Shown here one piece after another: positions 27,867 through 41,553 of a stretch of DNA of 64,000 nt. The DNA comes from Acidobacteriota bacterium. Its GTDB lineage: Bacteria; Acidobacteriota; UBA6911; RPQK01; JAJDTT01. Both the position numbers and the translations under genes were made by a program. Where the stretch lies: positions 1,248,001 to 1,312,000 of the forward strand of contig OZ242374.1 in NCBI GenBank assembly GCA_965209055.1, written 5' to 3'. Position 1 is the first letter of the stretch. The number at the start of each line of letters is the position of its first letter. The notes beneath the pieces were generated by a model, which saw nothing but the letters and a program-made list of their open reading frames with translations, was not told where the DNA came from and did not search any database.

Positions 27867-28907
27867 TCAGTGCGGATTGGGAAGGCCCGCCACCTCATCC
27901 AAGAGAAACTTGCGGTACTCCGCCGGGTCTTCGGGCAACGCTTCGATCTTCAACACGTAGATCTGTCCGGCGCCGAATTCCAGGCCCTGGAGGCGGACCG
28001 CGTCCTTCTCCGTCGTCATCAACGCCTCGGCTCCGTGTTCGTCCAGATTCTCCAGGGCCTGGTCCAGATCGCTCTGGCTGTACGGATGATGGTCGGGGAA
28101 CAGGAGCTGGCGCCGCACGTCCATCTGGTAGTGCTCCAGGTCCTGGACGAAGATTCCGGGATTTCCGATGGCCGCCAGGGCGATGACCCGCCGTCCCACG
28201 AAATCCCGGGTCCGGAATTGCGTCCGGCTCTTGAGATCGAAGACGCCGACGGCATCGTGATAGAAGTAGGAAATGGGAGTCAGCTTGTTGTGTCTCCGGA
28301 TGACCGCTTCCAGATCGTCCATCTCCCCCATCAGGTGGGACCGCGTGATGACCACCAGATCGGCGCGTCCCATGGCGGCCAGGGGCTCCCGGAGCCTCCC
28401 CGCAGGCAGGAGTTGACCGCCGCCGAAGGGATCGGTGGCATCCACCAGCAGAATGTCCAGGTTGCGCTTGAGCTTCAGGTGCTGGAAACCGTCGTCCAGA
28501 ATGTGGATGACCCTGCCGACCGCGTCCTTTTCCACCAGCGTTCCTGAACGGTGCCGATTCTTCCCGACGGCGACCCGGACTCCGGGAAGCTGACCGGCCA
28601 GCAGAAAGGGCTCGTCCCCGCTGCTGGCCGGGTCGCACAGCACCTTCCTGCCGTCGCTGACCACCAGGGTCGAGTGCTCGGCCCTGCCCCGGTAGCCGCG
28701 GCTCAGGACGACCGGCTGATAGCCCGCCTTCTGGAGAACGCCGGCCAGATAGGCCACGAAGGGGGTCTTTCCGGTCCCGCCCACGGTCAGGTTCCCGACA
28801 CTGATGACCGGGTTGCGGAGGCGGTTTCGCGAAATGAGGCCGCGCCGGTAGAGCAACGCTCTGAGCCGCATGACCAGGGAGTAGAGTTGGGAGAGAAGAA
28901 CCCACAT
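27867..28907 (-). CDS. lpxK: Tetraacyldisaccharide 4'-kinase
   Basis: VISVGNLTVGGTGKTP, LSRGY, GDEP, LDDGFQH and TTEKDAVR motifs. Confidence 0.93.
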   Translation of the reverse strand: MWVLLSQLYSLVMRLRALLYRRGLISRNRLRNPVISVGNLTVGGTGKTPFVAYLAGVLQKAGYQPVVLSRGYRGRAEHSTLVVSDGRKVLCDPASSGDEPFLLAGQLPGVRVAVGKNRHRSGTLVEKDAVGRVIHILDDGFQHLKLKRNLDILLVDATDPFGGGQLLPAGRLREPLAAMGRADLVVITRSHLMGEMDDLEAVIRRHNKLTPISYFYHDAVGVFDLKSRTQFRTRDFVGRRVIALAAIGNPGIFVQDLEHYQMDVRRQLLFPDHHPYSQSDLDQALENLDEHGAEALMTTEKDAVRLQGLEFGAGQIYVLKIEALPEDPAEYRKFLLDEVAGLPNPH

Positions 28908-28913
28908 GCGTTC

Positions 28914-30302
28914 TCAGGATCCGGCGACCGGAGTCAGGTACTCGTCCACGATACGGGCCGTTCGGGCCACGGCGCCTCGATTCTCGCGAAGGATCCGCCG
29001 GGCGTTTTCGCCCAGCCCCCGGCGAGCCGCCTCACTTTCCAGGAGCTCCCTCAGCCGCCGGGCCAATTCCCCCGAGTTTCGGACCTGCAGCGCAGCGCCC
29101 CCTTCCAGGAAATTGCGAGCCATTTCCCGGAAATTATGCATGTGAGGCCCCACCAGTATCGGCTTGCCGAAGTGTGCCGCCTCGATGATGTTGTGTCCCC
29201 CCCACGCCACCAGGCTGCCCCCCACGAAAACCACCTGGGCCAGTTCGTAGAGATGGGCCAGCTCGCCGATGGTGTCCAGGACCAGCACATCGGGCCGGGC
29301 GGGCGGGCCCGCACCCTGGAAACCGTTGAGACCGCTGCGTTTCAGGTGGACGACGCCCCGCTGCCGAAGCAGGCCGGAGATCTCGTCCGATCTCCGCGGG
29401 TGCCGGGGAGCCAGAACCATGCGGAGATCGGGGAATTCCCGCCGGGTCTCCTGGAAGGCGTCCAGAAGCAGCTCCTCCTCTCCTTCGCGGGTGCTGCCGC
29501 AGATCCAGATGGGGTCCGCTCCGAACAGGCTTCGAATCCGCCGCGTCAATGCCGCCGGTCCGTCGTCCGGGCCCAGGCTGTAATCGTATTTCAGATTTCC
29601 GACGGAGCCGGTTCTGGAAGCAACGGATCCCAGTTCGACGATCCGGTCCCGGTCCTGGACCGACTGCATGCAGAGACGATCCAACTGCCGGAGAAAGGGC
29701 CGCAGCGGTCGCCGGAAGCGCCGGTAGCGAGCGAACGACCGGTCGGAGATCCTGCCGTTGACCAGGACCACGGGTACGCCCGACTCCCGGGCGGCGACGA
29801 TGAACCCGGGCCAGATCTCGGTTTCGACCACCAGGACGGCCGCCGGATCCAGCCTCCTGAGATACTTCCTGCAGAGCCAGGGCCAGTCCAGGGGAAAATA
29901 GAAGATCCGGGCCCGGTCCCGGAAAAGCTGGCGGGCCAGACGCTGCCCCGTCTCGGTCGTTGTGGAAATGCACAGTTGAGACGATTTCAGGTTCAGCGCA
30001 TCTATCAGGGGGCGAATCGAGTTGACCTCTCCCACCGAGACGGCGTGGACCCAGAGCCGGGACCGGCCGGAAGGGAGCGGCGAGACGCCATCGGGAACCA
30101 TCATCCTTTTCCTGAAGGGAACGGGACGATGGCCCCGGAGATAACGAAGGAGGCGCAAAGGGAGCCACAGGATCAGGCCGAGCGTATAGGCCAGCGTATA
30201 GGCGGCGATCAGCGGCGTCGGAACCGCCGTGGGGCCGCTCGAGTCCCGGCCGGGACGCTCCGGAGCCGTTCCGGCGTCTCCGTTGCCGGCTCCACGGATC
30301 AT
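28914..30302 (-). CDS. waaA: Kdo transferase (start uncertain)
   Basis: [40 protein letters not shown] and GGHNIIE motifs. Confidence 0.9.
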   Translation of the reverse strand: MIRGAGNGDAGTAPERPGRDSSGPTAVPTPLIAAYTLAYTLGLILWLPLRLLRYLRGHRPVPFRKRMMVPDGVSPLPSGRSRLWVHAVSVGEVNSIRPLIDALNLKSSQLCISTTTETGQRLARQLFRDRARIFYFPLDWPWLCRKYLRRLDPAAVLVVETEIWPGFIVAARESGVPVVLVNGRISDRSFARYRRFRRPLRPFLRQLDRLCMQSVQDRDRIVELGSVASRTGSVGNLKYDYSLGPDDGPAALTRRIRSLFGADPIWICGSTREGEEELLLDAFQETRREFPDLRMVLAPRHPRRSDEISGLLRQRGVVHLKRSGLNGFQGAGPPARPDVLVLDTIGELAHLYELAQVVFVGGSLVAWGGHNIIEAAHFGKPILVGPHMHNFREMARNFLEGGAALQVRNSGELARRLRELLESEAARRGLGENARRILRENRGAVARTARIVDEYLTPVAGS

Positions 30303-30316
30303 CCGTGGAGCATGTT

Positions 30317-30345
30317 TTGTCAAGGCGGTCACGGACGCATATAAT
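30317..30345 (+). promoter_or_regulatory. Sigma70-type promoter P1 upstream of rpsL
   Basis: TTGTCA-17 nt-TATAAT. Confidence 0.55.
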
Positions 30346-30361
30346 AACTTGTTTCCCGGTC

Positions 30362-30391
30362 TTGACAGGGGGCCGGCCCTGAGGCTAAGAT
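30362..30391 (+). promoter_or_regulatory. Sigma70-type promoter P2 upstream of rpsL
   Basis: TTGACA-18 nt-TAAGAT. Confidence 0.6.
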
Positions 30392-30531
30392 TCATCCGCC
30401 TATCACGGCGTGGGTGGGTCGAGTGCGGATGCCTCAAGGGCATCCTTTTTTTGTCTTATAGGGTTTGTTCTGCTCTCACGCCAAGCGTCGAAAGCGGCGC
30501 CGGTGGGCAGTTCCAGGAGTGGATGGCATCG

Positions 30532-30906
30532 ATGCCGACGTTCAATCAGTTGGTTCGCAAGGGTCGCAAACCGGTGCGGACCAAGACCAAGAGCCCGGCG
30601 CTGCAGGGTTGCCCTCAAAGGCGCGGAGTCTGCGTTCGTGTGTACACGCAGACGCCGAAGAAACCCAACTCGGCGCTTCGAAAGGTGACCCGGGTACGGT
30701 TGACCAACGGGATCGAAGTGACCACTTATATTCCGGGTGAGGGACACAATCTGCAGGAGCACTCCATTGTGCTCATTCGTGGCGGCCGGGTTAAGGACCT
30801 GCCGGGCGTGCGATACCATGTGATCCGCGGGACCTTGGACACGGCCGGCGTAGACAACCGTAACAACAGCCGGTCCAAGTACGGCGCCAAGCGCCCCAAG
30901 GGTTAG
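30532..30906 (+). CDS. rpsL: 30S ribosomal protein S12
   Basis: [21 protein letters not shown] and [10 protein letters not shown]. Confidence 0.97.
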   Translation: MPTFNQLVRKGRKPVRTKTKSPALQGCPQRRGVCVRVYTQTPKKPNSALRKVTRVRLTNGIEVTTYIPGEGHNLQEHSIVLIRGGRVKDLPGVRYHVIRGTLDTAGVDNRNNSRSKYGAKRPKG

Positions 30907-30975
30907 CTGGATCTCCAACAGCTGCATCGACGTCGAGTTCCATCGCAGCTTGCTTCGTGTCCAGGAGCCATCGAG

Positions 30976-31446
30976 ATGTCTAGAAGAAGGGATGTTCCCA
31001 AGAGAGACGTGGCTCCCGATCCCGTATTCAAGAGCCGCCTGGTGAGCCGATTCATCAATCAGGCCATGGTGCGGGGAAAGAAGAGTGTTTCCGAGAGAAA
31101 TTTTTACGCCGCCATGAACCTGATCCAGGACAGGACGGGTGAAGATCCGTTGCGGATCTTCAAGAAGGCGGTGGACAGGGTCAAGCCCATGGTGGAGACC
31201 AAGTCCCGCCGCGTGGGCGGATCGACCTATCAGGTCCCCATCGAAGTCAGCACCCGGCGGCAAACCTCGCTCGCCATTCGCTGGCTGGTGGGCTATGCCC
31301 GGGCCCGTCACGAAAAGACCATGAGGGAGAGGCTGGCCAACGAGCTCGCAGACGCCGCGAATGACCGCGGCGGAGCCGTTCGCAGGAAGATGGACGTGCA
31401 CCGGATGGCCGAGGCCAACCGTGCCTTCGCACACTACCGATGGTGA
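30976..31446 (+). CDS. rpsG: 30S ribosomal protein S7
   Basis: [11 protein letters not shown] and [15 protein letters not shown]. Confidence 0.97.
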   Translation: MSRRRDVPKRDVAPDPVFKSRLVSRFINQAMVRGKKSVSERNFYAAMNLIQDRTGEDPLRIFKKAVDRVKPMVETKSRRVGGSTYQVPIEVSTRRQTSLAIRWLVGYARARHEKTMRERLANELADAANDRGGAVRRKMDVHRMAEANRAFAHYRW

Positions 31447-31498
31447 GAGGGAAGGACTCGATTACCAACGGAAGCTGCATCCAGGGAAGATCAGTACA

Positions 31499-33607
31499 GT
31501 GGCAACTCAGTCTGCGCTCGAAAGGACGCGAAATATCGGCATCATGGCCCACATCGATGCCGGTAAGACGACGACGACCGAGCGGATTCTCTACTACACG
31601 GGAATCACCTACAAGCTGGGTGAAGTGCACGAAGGCACCGCCACCATGGACTGGATGCCCCAGGAACAGGAACGGGGCATTACCATCACCTCCGCCGCCA
31701 CGACCTGCCTCTGGAAGAATTTCCGCATCAACATTATCGATACCCCGGGCCACGTAGACTTCACGGCTGAAGTCGAACGATCCCTGCGGGTTCTGGACGG
31801 CGCCATTGCCGTGTTCGACGCCGTCGCGGGCGTCGAGCCCCAGTCCGAGGCCGTCTGGCGCCAGGCGGACAAGTACCGGGTGCCGCGGATCGCCTTCATG
31901 AACAAGATGGATCGGCTGGGAGCCGATTTTTTCGCGGCCATGGAGTCCATGACCCAGAAGCTGGGCGCAAATCCGGTCCCGGTCCAGATTCCGTTGGGAC
32001 AGGAGGAGTCCTTCGAAGGCGTCATCGACCTGATCTCCCGCAAGGCCATCCGCTACGAAGCCGAGACCCTGGGCGCCAATTTCGTGGAGGGTGACATTCC
32101 GGAGGAATGGCGGGAGGCGGCGGAGCACTGGCGCGAGAAGATGGTGGAGACGGTCGTCGAGGTGGACGAGCAGCTGCTGGAAAAGTACGTGCACGGCGAG
32201 CCCATCGATCCCGGCTCCCTCAAGCGCGCGCTGCGATTGGGAACCTGTCAGGGCAGATTCACACCCTGCCTCTGCGGCGCCGCTTTCAAGAACAAGGGGG
32301 TGCAACCCTTGTTGGACGGCATCGTCGATTTCCTGCCCTCACCGTTGGAGGTGCCTCCACCCGAAGGAACCGACCCGGTCACGGGAGATCCCGTGACTCC
32401 CCGAGCCTCCCAGGACGACCCTTTTTCGGCCCTCGTATTCAAGATCATGGGCGACCCCTTCGTCGGCAAGTTGGCCTTCGTCCGCGTCTATTCCGGATGC
32501 CTGCAGGCCCGCTCGAAGGTCTACAACCCGGTTTCCGGGCGGGCGGAGCGGGTGGGACGGTTGCTCAAGATGCACGCCAACAAGAGGGAGGAGCTCAAGG
32601 AACTCGGCGCCGGGGACATTGCTGCCGTGGTCGGACTCAAGACGGCGGCGACGGGAGACACGATTTGCGATCCGGTGCGGCCCGTGTTGCTGGAATCCAT
32701 GGAGTTTCCGGCGCCGGTGATCTCAGTGGCCATCGAGCCCAAGACGCGTCCCGACCAGGATCGGCTGGGATTCGCGCTGGAGAAGCTGGTTCAAGAGGAC
32801 CCGACGTTTCGGACGCACACCGATCCGGAAACCGGACAGACCCTGATCTCGGGCATGGGAGAGCTGCACCTGGAGATCATCGTAGATCGCCTGCTGCGCG
32901 AGTTCGGCGTCGGCGCCAACGTGGGCAAGCCGCACGTGGCGTACCGGGAGAGCATTCTGGGGACAGCCGAAGGGCACGGGCGCTACATTCGCCAGACCGG
33001 AGGCCGGGGCCAATATGGGGACGCCAGGGTCCGGGTCGAGCCGCTGGAACCGGGCGAGGCCGAAAACGGGTTCCTGTTCGAGGACCTGAGCGTCGGCGGC
33101 GTGATCCCTCGAGAATTCGTTCCGGCGGTGAAGGCCGGTGTGCGGGAGGCCATGGAGGGCGGAGTCCTGGCCGGCTGCGAGATGCAGAACGTCAAGGTGA
33201 CCCTTCTGGACGGCTCCTACCACGACGTGGACTCGTCGGAGATCGCGTTCAAGATCGCGGGTTCCCTCGCCTTCAAGCAGGCCGCGCGCAAGGCCGGGCT
33301 CGTCCTGCTGGAACCGGTCATGAAGGTGGAAGTGGTGGTGCCCCAGGAATACATGGGTGATGTCATCGGCGATCTCAACGCCCGCCGGGGCCGGGTCGCC
33401 CAGTTGGAACCGCGGGGAGGAAGCCAGGTGATCACGGCCTACGTGGCCTTGGAGACCATGTTCGGCTACGCCACCGGACTGCGGTCGCTCACCCAGGGGA
33501 GGGCGACCTACACCATGCATTTCGAGCAGTACGAGCAGGTCCCCAGGCAAGTGGTGGAAGAGCAGGTGGCGCGTACCCACGGCCGGATTTTGACCCGGTC
33601 CGGTTGA
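31499..33607 (+). CDS. fusA: Elongation factor G
   Basis: [29 protein letters not shown] and GMGELHLE; GTG start 31499. Confidence 0.97.
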   Translation: MATQSALERTRNIGIMAHIDAGKTTTTERILYYTGITYKLGEVHEGTATMDWMPQEQERGITITSAATTCLWKNFRINIIDTPGHVDFTAEVERSLRVLDGAIAVFDAVAGVEPQSEAVWRQADKYRVPRIAFMNKMDRLGADFFAAMESMTQKLGANPVPVQIPLGQEESFEGVIDLISRKAIRYEAETLGANFVEGDIPEEWREAAEHWREKMVETVVEVDEQLLEKYVHGEPIDPGSLKRALRLGTCQGRFTPCLCGAAFKNKGVQPLLDGIVDFLPSPLEVPPPEGTDPVTGDPVTPRASQDDPFSALVFKIMGDPFVGKLAFVRVYSGCLQARSKVYNPVSGRAERVGRLLKMHANKREELKELGAGDIAAVVGLKTAATGDTICDPVRPVLLESMEFPAPVISVAIEPKTRPDQDRLGFALEKLVQEDPTFRTHTDPETGQTLISGMGELHLEIIVDRLLREFGVGANVGKPHVAYRESILGTAEGHGRYIRQTGGRGQYGDARVRVEPLEPGEAENGFLFEDLSVGGVIPREFVPAVKAGVREAMEGGVLAGCEMQNVKVTLLDGSYHDVDSSEIAFKIAGSLAFKQAARKAGLVLLEPVMKVEVVVPQEYMGDVIGDLNARRGRVAQLEPRGGSQVITAYVALETMFGYATGLRSLTQGRATYTMHFEQYEQVPRQVVEEQVARTHGRILTRSG

Positions 33608-33671
33608 ACCGTCCCGAAGGGACACGAAAGCGACGTCGATCAGGATCGACTGAATCGGAAAAGAGGACGAG

Positions 33672-34859
<1,188 letters not shown>

Positions 34860-34871
34860 GCGGTACGGAGC

Positions 34872-35198
34872 ATGAACAACGAGAAGATCCGCATCCGACT
34901 CAAGGCCTACGACCACCGGATCCTGGATCACTCCACCGGTGAGATCGTGGACATCGCGCGCCGCACCGGCGCCCGGGTCTCGGGTCCGATCCCGCTGCCT
35001 ACCCGCATCGGCCGCTACACCGTGCTGCGTTCTCCCCACGTGGACAAGAAGTCGCGGGAGCAGTTCGAAATCAGGACCCACAAGCGCCTTGTGGACATCC
35101 TGGAGCCGACGCCGCAGACGGTGGACGCCTTGATGAAACTGGATCTTCCGGCTGCCATCGACGTGGAGATCAAGGCCTACGGAGCCGAGAAGGAATAG
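34872..35198 (+). CDS. rpsJ: 30S ribosomal protein S10
   Basis: [11 protein letters not shown] and [14 protein letters not shown]. Confidence 0.97.
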   Translation: MNNEKIRIRLKAYDHRILDHSTGEIVDIARRTGARVSGPIPLPTRIGRYTVLRSPHVDKKSREQFEIRTHKRLVDILEPTPQTVDALMKLDLPAAIDVEIKAYGAEKE

Positions 35199-35200
35199 CC

Positions 35201-35848
35201 ATGCTCCAGGGGATGATCGGCAGGAAAGTGGGAATGACCCAGCTCTTCGACGAAAGGGGCCAGGTCATTCCGGTGACGGTGCTTCAGACCGGCCCATGCA
35301 TCGTGGTCCAGAAGAAGACCCCTGAGAAAGAGGGCTATTCCGCACTTCAGTTGGGTTTCATCGAGCCCGGAACCCGGTCCCGGCGCCTCACCCTGGGCGA
35401 GAGGGGGCATTTGCGTCAGGCCGGTTCGCCGCCGACCCGGATCCTGCGCGAGTTTGCGTACGAAGAGACTGAAGGGACGGCATTGAAAGTCGGCGATGAA
35501 GTTCTGGCCCACCAGGTCTTTCAGGCCGACGACACCGTCAACATCATGGGCACCAGCAAGGGCCGCGGATTCCAGGGCGTGATCAAGCGCCACGGATTCG
35601 GCGGGGGCCGGGCGACCCATGGATCCATGTTTCATCGGGCTCCAGGCTCCATCGGCCAGAGCGCTTCGCCCAGCCGAGTCTTTCCCGGGACCCGCGGGCC
35701 CGGGCGGATGGGGAACAAGCGGGTCACCATCCGAAATCTGCAAGTGGTCAGAGTGGACGAGGAGAACCACCTTTTGCTGGTCAAGGGATCGGTGCCGGGC
35801 AGCCGGGCCAACACCCTCACCATCGTACGTTCGGGGAGGCGGAATTGA
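35201..35848 (+). CDS. rplC: 50S ribosomal protein L3
   Basis: [16 protein letters not shown] and HRAPGSIG. Confidence 0.96.
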   Translation: MLQGMIGRKVGMTQLFDERGQVIPVTVLQTGPCIVVQKKTPEKEGYSALQLGFIEPGTRSRRLTLGERGHLRQAGSPPTRILREFAYEETEGTALKVGDEVLAHQVFQADDTVNIMGTSKGRGFQGVIKRHGFGGGRATHGSMFHRAPGSIGQSASPSRVFPGTRGPGRMGNKRVTIRNLQVVRVDEENHLLLVKGSVPGSRANTLTIVRSGRRN

Positions 35849-36486
35849 CTGAGTCGTCGCCGGAAATCCAGGTCAGAAACCTGAGCAACGAGATCGTGGA
35901 GACACTGCCCCTCTCCCGCCGGGTCTTCGACTACCAGGCATCCGAATCCCTGTTGTGGGAAGCGGTGACCGCCTTTCTGGCCGGACGCCGCAAGGGTTCC
36001 CATTCCACCAAGACTCGCGCCGAAGTGCGGGGCGGCGGCCGGAAACCATGGCGGCAGAAGGGCACCGGACGGGCCCGTGCCGGGACCATCAGGAGTCCCC
36101 TCTGGCGATCGGGAGGCGTGACCTTCGGTCCCAAGCCGAGAAACTACGCACAGTCGCTGTCCAAGAAGAAACGGAGAGGCGCCGTCAAGCTGGTCCTCTC
36201 GGACAAGCTGAAGAACGAAAACCTTCTGGTTTTGGACTCGTTGGAGATGTCCAGCCACAAGACCAGGAACTTCGTGGAGGTCATGGGCGCCTTCGACCTG
36301 ACCCGGAAGCTGCTGGTGGTGGATTCGAGGGAGAACCGGAACTTGTTCCTGAGCACTCGAAACCTGCCGGGAGTCAAGATGGTTCCGGCTCTCGGCGTCA
36401 ACGTCTACGACCTGGTGAACGCCGAGGTCCTGATGATCAGCAAGGCTTCATTGCTTGAGCTGCAGGAGGTGTTGCTGAGGTCATGA
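35845..36486 (+). CDS. rplD: 50S ribosomal protein L4
   Basis: [14 protein letters not shown]. Confidence 0.96.
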   Translation: MTESSPEIQVRNLSNEIVETLPLSRRVFDYQASESLLWEAVTAFLAGRRKGSHSTKTRAEVRGGGRKPWRQKGTGRARAGTIRSPLWRSGGVTFGPKPRNYAQSLSKKKRRGAVKLVLSDKLKNENLLVLDSLEMSSHKTRNFVEVMGAFDLTRKLLVVDSRENRNLFLSTRNLPGVKMVPALGVNVYDLVNAEVLMISKASLLELQEVLLRS

Positions 36487-36779
36487 GCAGTTACGATATT
36501 CTCAGGCTCCCCCACATTACCGAGAAGGCCGCCATTCAGAAGGACGATCTCGACGGCCGGGTCGTGGTCTTCAAGGTCCGGCCCGAGGCCACGAAGCAGC
36601 AGGTGAAGGCGGCGGTCCAGAGGATTTTCGACGTCGAGGTCAATTCCGTTCGAACCGCCAACTTCAAGGGCAAGATCAAGAGAATGGGCAAGTACCGGGG
36701 ACGGCGGGCCGCTTGGAAAAAAGCCTATGTGACTCTGAAACCCGGCCAGGATATGCCGGAATTTTTCGACACGGTGTAG
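36483..36779 (+). CDS. rplW: 50S ribosomal protein L23
   Basis: PHITEKA and WKKAYVTL. Confidence 0.95.
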   Translation: MSSYDILRLPHITEKAAIQKDDLDGRVVVFKVRPEATKQQVKAAVQRIFDVEVNSVRTANFKGKIKRMGKYRGRRAAWKKAYVTLKPGQDMPEFFDTV

Positions 36780-36784
36780 AACCG

Positions 36785-37609
36785 ATGCCATTGAAAAGCT
36801 ACAAACCCACGTCGCCCGGCACCAGATTCCGAACCGTTCAGACCGGCGAGGATCTGACCGACATCAAGCCGCTCAAGCGCCTGACCCGGGGCAAGAAACG
36901 GATCAGCGGCCGCAACAGCGACGGGAAGATCTGCGTCCGGCGCCGGGGAGGCGGCCACAAGCGGCGCTATCGAGTCATCGACTTCAAACGAAACAAGGAT
37001 GACGTGCCGGCGCGAGTCGCCGCCATCGAATACGACCCCAATCGGAGCGCCCGCATCGCCCGGCTCCATTATCTGGACGGAGAGAAGCGGTACATCCTGG
37101 CGCCCAACGGTCTGAAGGTGGGCGACGAAGTGGTTTCAGGGCCGGCAGTGGACATCATGCCGGGCAATTGCCTGCCCATCGCCAACATCCCGCTGGGAAC
37201 CATGATCCACAACATCGAACTGACCCAGGGGCGGGGCGGCCAGATGGTTCGTTCTGCCGGCGGAAGCGCACAGTTGCTGGCCAAAGAGGGGAAATACGCC
37301 CAGATCAAACTGCCTTCGGGCGAAGTGCGCAAGGTTCATATCCTCTGCCGGGCGACCATCGGCCAAGTGGGAAACGTCGATCACGAGAACGTCTCCCTGG
37401 GAAAGGCGGGAGCCAACCGTTGGCGCGGCCGGCGGCCCAAGGTCAGAGGCGTGGCCATGAATCCCGTCGACCATCCCATGGGCGGCGGCGAAGGGAAGAG
37501 TTCGGGCGGACGGCATCCCACGTCACCCTGGGGCTGGAAGACCAAAGGCTACCGGACCCGGAAGAACAACCGGACCGGAAAGATGATTGTCCGGCGGAGA
37601 AAGAAGTAG
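36785..37609 (+). CDS. rplB: 50S ribosomal protein L2
   Basis: IEYDPNRSA and [17 protein letters not shown]. Confidence 0.97.
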   Translation: MPLKSYKPTSPGTRFRTVQTGEDLTDIKPLKRLTRGKKRISGRNSDGKICVRRRGGGHKRRYRVIDFKRNKDDVPARVAAIEYDPNRSARIARLHYLDGEKRYILAPNGLKVGDEVVSGPAVDIMPGNCLPIANIPLGTMIHNIELTQGRGGQMVRSAGGSAQLLAKEGKYAQIKLPSGEVRKVHILCRATIGQVGNVDHENVSLGKAGANRWRGRRPKVRGVAMNPVDHPMGGGEGKSSGGRHPTSPWGWKTKGYRTRKNNRTGKMIVRRRKK

Positions 37610-37617
37610 GAGGCTCC

Positions 37618-37902
37618 ATGCCCAGGTCGGTCAAAAAGGGTCCCTTCGTGGACGCTCACTTGGTCAAGAAACTGCGCCACCTCAACGAGACCAACGAGAG
37701 GGCGGTGATCCGGACCTGGTCCCGGAGGTCGACCATTACGCCGGAGATGGTGGGACACACGATTGCGGTTCACAACGGCAAGAAGTTCATTCCCATCTAC
37801 ATCACCGAGAACGTCGTGGGCCATAAGCTGGGAGAATTCGCTCCCACGAGAAATTTCAGGGGACACATTCGCAAATCCGAGCGCATGGCCAGGATGCGGT
37901 AG
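37618..37902 (+). CDS. rpsS: 30S ribosomal protein S19
   Basis: [12 protein letters not shown] and [11 protein letters not shown]. Confidence 0.97.
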   Translation: MPRSVKKGPFVDAHLVKKLRHLNETNERAVIRTWSRRSTITPEMVGHTIAVHNGKKFIPIYITENVVGHKLGEFAPTRNFRGHIRKSERMARMR

Positions 37903-37941
37903 CGTCATGAGGATGAATTCGAAGGTTCCGGAGCAGAACTA

Positions 37942-38289
37942 GTGGAAGCATCGGCCACGGCAAAATTTGTAAAAGGGTCGCCCCAGAAGGCGCGTCTGGT
38001 CATCGACCTGATTCGGGGCCGGAAGGTGGAGGCGGCGCTGGACATCCTCCGATTCTCGGGGAGGAGGGCGGCTCGCCCCATCTCCAAGGTGTTGCGTTCG
38101 GCCATCGCCAACGCCGAGCAGAAGGAGCCGATGGTCGACGTGGATGATCTGTTCGTGAAGGAGGCCTACGTCGACCTGGGACCGACCAAGTGGCGTTTCA
38201 GAACGCGCCCCGTTCCCATGGGGCGGGCCTTCCGCGAGCGCCGGCGGCAGAGCCACATTACGATCCGGGTTTCGGACGGAGAGTCATAG
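37942..38289 (+). CDS. rplV: 50S ribosomal protein L22
   Basis: [14 protein letters not shown] and SAIANAE. Confidence 0.95.
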   Translation: MEASATAKFVKGSPQKARLVIDLIRGRKVEAALDILRFSGRRAARPISKVLRSAIANAEQKEPMVDVDDLFVKEAYVDLGPTKWRFRTRPVPMGRAFRERRRQSHITIRVSDGES

Positions 38290-38299
38290 GAGGCGAATT

Positions 38300-38953
38300 T
38301 TGGGTCAGAAAGTCCACCCGTACGGGTTCCGCCTGGGTTATATCAACACGTGGCGCTCCCGCTGGTATGCGGATAAGAACTACGGGGATCTGCTGCACGA
38401 AGATCTTCAGATCAAGAAGAATCTGAAGCGGCAGTTCTACCATGCCGGGATCTCCTCCATCGAGATCGAGAGGATGGCGGCCAACAAGCTCACGGTCATC
38501 GTGAGAACGGCTCGGCCCGGGATCATCATCGGCCGCAAAGGCAGCGAGATCGACAGGTTGAAGAGTGATCTCCAGGCCGCCACCGGACGTGAGGTCTACA
38601 TCAATATTCAGGAGGAACAGAAGCCTGAGACGGATGCCCAGTTGGTGGCCGAGTCCATCTGCCAGCAGCTCTTGCGCCGCGTGGCCTTCCGCAGGGCCAT
38701 GCGCCGCGCCGTCGAGACCGCGGTGCGTTTTGGAGCCCAGGGGATCAAGGTCCGTTGCGGCGGCCGGCTCAACGGCGCCGAGATCGCCAGAGCCGAATGG
38801 TATCTCCACGGCCGGCTGCCTCTCCATACTCTGCGGGCCCGAATCGACTATGGCTTCGCCGAAGCCTTCACCACCTACGGCGTCATCGGCGTCAAGGTGT
38901 GGGTCTACAAGGGTGAGGTCTTCGGGGACGAGGAGTCGTCCCGGTCCAATTGA
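38300..38953 (+). CDS. rpsC: 30S ribosomal protein S3
   Basis: [12 protein letters not shown] and [10 protein letters not shown]. Confidence 0.97.
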   Translation: MGQKVHPYGFRLGYINTWRSRWYADKNYGDLLHEDLQIKKNLKRQFYHAGISSIEIERMAANKLTVIVRTARPGIIIGRKGSEIDRLKSDLQAATGREVYINIQEEQKPETDAQLVAESICQQLLRRVAFRRAMRRAVETAVRFGAQGIKVRCGGRLNGAEIARAEWYLHGRLPLHTLRARIDYGFAEAFTTYGVIGVKVWVYKGEVFGDEESSRSN

Positions 38954-38971
38954 ACGGGAGTCATTGCAGTC

Positions 38972-39388
38972 ATGTTGATGCCGAAGAAGGTCAAGTACCG
39001 GAAGCAGCAGAAGGGGAGAATGACGGGCAAGGCCATTCGCGGCAGCACCATGTCTTTCGGCGAATACGGCCTCAAGGCCGTGCAGCCCGGTTGGATCACG
39101 GACCGGCAGATCGAGGCGGCCAGAATCGCAATGACCCGTTATGTCCGGCGGGGAGGGAAGATCTGGATCCGGATCTTTCCCAACAAGCCGATCACCAAGA
39201 AACCGGCGGAGACCAGAATGGGCAAAGGAAAAGGGGCTCCCACGGGATGGGTGGCGGTGGTGCGGCCCGGCACCATCCTCTATGAAATGGAGGGGCTGCC
39301 CCACGACATGGCGAAGGAAGCCATGCGGCTGGCGGCCAACAAGCTGCCGTTGCGGACTCGCTTCGTGACCCGGCTGGATTCGGCATGA
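38972..39388 (+). CDS. rplP: 50S ribosomal protein L16
   Basis: [11 protein letters not shown] and ETRMGKGKG. Confidence 0.97.
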   Translation: MLMPKKVKYRKQQKGRMTGKAIRGSTMSFGEYGLKAVQPGWITDRQIEAARIAMTRYVRRGGKIWIRIFPNKPITKKPAETRMGKGKGAPTGWVAVVRPGTILYEMEGLPHDMAKEAMRLAANKLPLRTRFVTRLDSA

Positions 39389-39582
39389 ACCCATCCAAGC
39401 TGAGAGAAATGTCATTGGAGGACCTGGAGTCGGAGGGGCAGGCGCTCTCCGAGCAGATCTTCCGGCTGCGGTTCCAAAAGGCCACGGGACAACTGGAGAA
39501 CCGCACCAGGATCCGTCAGATCCGGCGGGATCTGGCCCGGGTCAAGACGATTGTGGCGGAGAGACGGCAACAGCGGCAGTGA
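39385..39582 (+). CDS. rpmC: 50S ribosomal protein L29
   Basis: [14 protein letters not shown] and RRDLARVKT. Confidence 0.94.
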   Translation: MNPSKLREMSLEDLESEGQALSEQIFRLRFQKATGQLENRTRIRQIRRDLARVKTIVAERRQQRQ

Positions 39583-39643
39583 GTCGAGACGGGGCGGAGT
39601 TGCCCGGAACAATCCGCTCCAAGGTCAATCGAGGGAATGAGTC

Positions 39644-39922
39644 ATGGCGACTGAGTCGGTGGAAACGCGGAGGCGAAAGAGGAATCGGAAGACCGGACGG
39701 GTGGTCTCCGCCTCCATGACCAAGGGAATCGTCGTGGCCGTCGACCGTCTGGTGGCTCATCGTCTCTATAAGAAGACCATTCGGCGCACCAGCAAGCTCA
39801 TGGCCCACGACGAGGAGAACGCGTGCCGGCCGGGCGACAAGGTTCTGATCGAGGAAACCCGGCCTCTGAGCAAGCGGAAGCGCTGGACGCTGGTGCGGGT
39901 CGTGGAGAAAGCCAAGGGGTAG
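39644..39922 (+). CDS. rpsQ: 30S ribosomal protein S17
   Basis: AHDEEN and [11 protein letters not shown]. Confidence 0.95.
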   Translation: MATESVETRRRKRNRKTGRVVSASMTKGIVVAVDRLVAHRLYKKTIRRTSKLMAHDEENACRPGDKVLIEETRPLSKRKRWTLVRVVEKAKG

Positions 39923-39929
39923 GTGGATC

Positions 39930-40298
39930 ATGATCCAGATGCAGACGGTCCTGAACGTTGCCGACAATTCGGGAGCCCGAAGAATTTCCTGCATTTCGCC
40001 CTTGGGCGGAGACGTGGGACGCGGCGCCAGCCTGGGAGACGTCATCACGGCCTCGGTGAAGGAGTCCAGCCCCAACGGCGCGGTGAAGAAGGGACAGGTG
40101 GTGAAGGCTGTGGTCGTCCGGATGCGCAAGGAGAACCGGCGGCCGGACGGATCTTACATCCGCTTCGACGAGAACGCGGCCGTCGTCATCAACAACGCGC
40201 GGGAACCGGTCGGAACCCGCGTCTTCGGTCCCGTGGCGAGAGAATTGAGGGAAAAGCGATTCATGAGGATCGTTTCGTTGGCTCCCGAGGTTTTGTGA
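39930..40298 (+). CDS. rplN: 50S ribosomal protein L14
   Basis: VADNSGA and [12 protein letters not shown]. Confidence 0.97.
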   Translation: MIQMQTVLNVADNSGARRISCISPLGGDVGRGASLGDVITASVKESSPNGAVKKGQVVKAVVVRMRKENRRPDGSYIRFDENAAVVINNAREPVGTRVFGPVARELREKRFMRIVSLAPEVL

Positions 40299-40317
40299 CC
40301 GGATAAGGGTTTTTCGG

Positions 40318-40638
40318 ATGCTCCACGTGAAGGCGAATGACCAGGTGCTGGTGCTGGCCGGGAAAGACCGCGGCAAGACGGGCCGCGTCCTCCAGGTGCT
40401 GTCCGACGGGAAACGCGCCGTGATCGAGAGGATCAACATGATCCATCGGCACACCAGGCAGAATCCGCAACAGAACGTGCAGGGCGGAATCCTGGAAAAG
40501 GAAGCCCCCGTTGCTCTCTCGAATCTGCAGGTGATCTGCCAGGAGTGCAACCGGGCGAGCCGGGTGGGATATACGCGGCTCTCCGACGGGAAGAAGGTCC
40601 GAACCTGCAAAAAGTGCGGAGGCACCATCGACAAATAG
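40318..40638 (+). CDS. rplX: 50S ribosomal protein L24
   Basis: GKDRGKTG and GGILEKEAP. Confidence 0.95.
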   Translation: MLHVKANDQVLVLAGKDRGKTGRVLQVLSDGKRAVIERINMIHRHTRQNPQQNVQGGILEKEAPVALSNLQVICQECNRASRVGYTRLSDGKKVRTCKKCGGTIDK

Positions 40639-40671
40639 CGTCCCGGCGGGGCGCCGGCAGGGGTAGAAACA

Positions 40672-41235
40672 GTGGCTCGGCTCAAACAGAAAATCAAGGA
40701 AGAGGTGGCCCCGAAGCTGGTGGAGGAGTTCGGCTATGACAACGTCATGGCGATCCCCAGGCTGGTGAAGGTCGTGGTCAATCTGGGCCTGGGACAGGCA
40801 ATCCAGAATATTCGCCTGCTGGACTCGGCGTCGGCCGAGCTGACCGCCATCACCGGGCAGAAGGCGGTGGTGACCCGCGCCAGGAAGTCCATCGCCGGTT
40901 TCAAGCTGCGCCAAGGGATGCCCATCGGAGTGATGGTCACCTTGCGCGGCAACCGGATGCTCGATTTCCTGGACCGGCTCATCAACATCGGACTGCCCCG
41001 GGTCCGCGACTTTCGAGGTGTTCCACCCAACGCCTTCGACGGGCAGGGCAACTATACGCTCGGAATCCGGGAGCACTTGATCTTTCCGGAGATCGATCTG
41101 GGCCGGACCGAGACGACGCACGGAATGAACGTCACCATCGTGACGACGGCAAAGTCGGATGAAGAGGCGCGCGTCCTGCTGGCGGGACTCGGCGTGCCCT
41201 TCGGCCGGGAGGAGGACCGTCAACTGATTTTTTGA
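40672..41235 (+). CDS. rplE: 50S ribosomal protein L5
   Basis: KSIAGFKLR and LPRVRDFRG. Confidence 0.96.
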   Translation: MARLKQKIKEEVAPKLVEEFGYDNVMAIPRLVKVVVNLGLGQAIQNIRLLDSASAELTAITGQKAVVTRARKSIAGFKLRQGMPIGVMVTLRGNRMLDFLDRLINIGLPRVRDFRGVPPNAFDGQGNYTLGIREHLIFPEIDLGRTETTHGMNVTIVTTAKSDEEARVLLAGLGVPFGREEDRQLIF

Positions 41236-41312
41236 GCAGCCAGGGGACTCTCGCAGGCGAAAGTCTCGAATCTGGTTCGTTGCCTGTACGCCGGCAGGGG
41301 AGGTTTACGAGG

Positions 41313-41498
41313 ATGGCCCGAAAGGGTTTGATTGCGAAACAAAGAAGACCAGCCAAGTTCTCTACGCGGCGCTACAACCGATGCCGGCTTTGCGGGCGTT
41401 CTCGCGGTTATATGCGCAAGTTCCAGCTCTGCAGGATCTGTTTCCGCCAGTTGGCCTTGATGGGAGAGATTCCGGGAGTGATCAAGTCCAGTTGGTGA
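41313..41498 (+). CDS. rpsN: 30S ribosomal protein S14 (zinc-binding type Z)
   Basis: 61 aa with CRLC...CRIC and PGVIKSSW. Confidence 0.95.
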   Translation: MARKGLIAKQRRPAKFSTRRYNRCRLCGRSRGYMRKFQLCRICFRQLALMGEIPGVIKSSW

Positions 41499-41553
41499 AG
41501 CCGTTGCAGCGGCGGCCGCCGGCGATTGCGGACGAAGGCGAAAGAAGATTCTC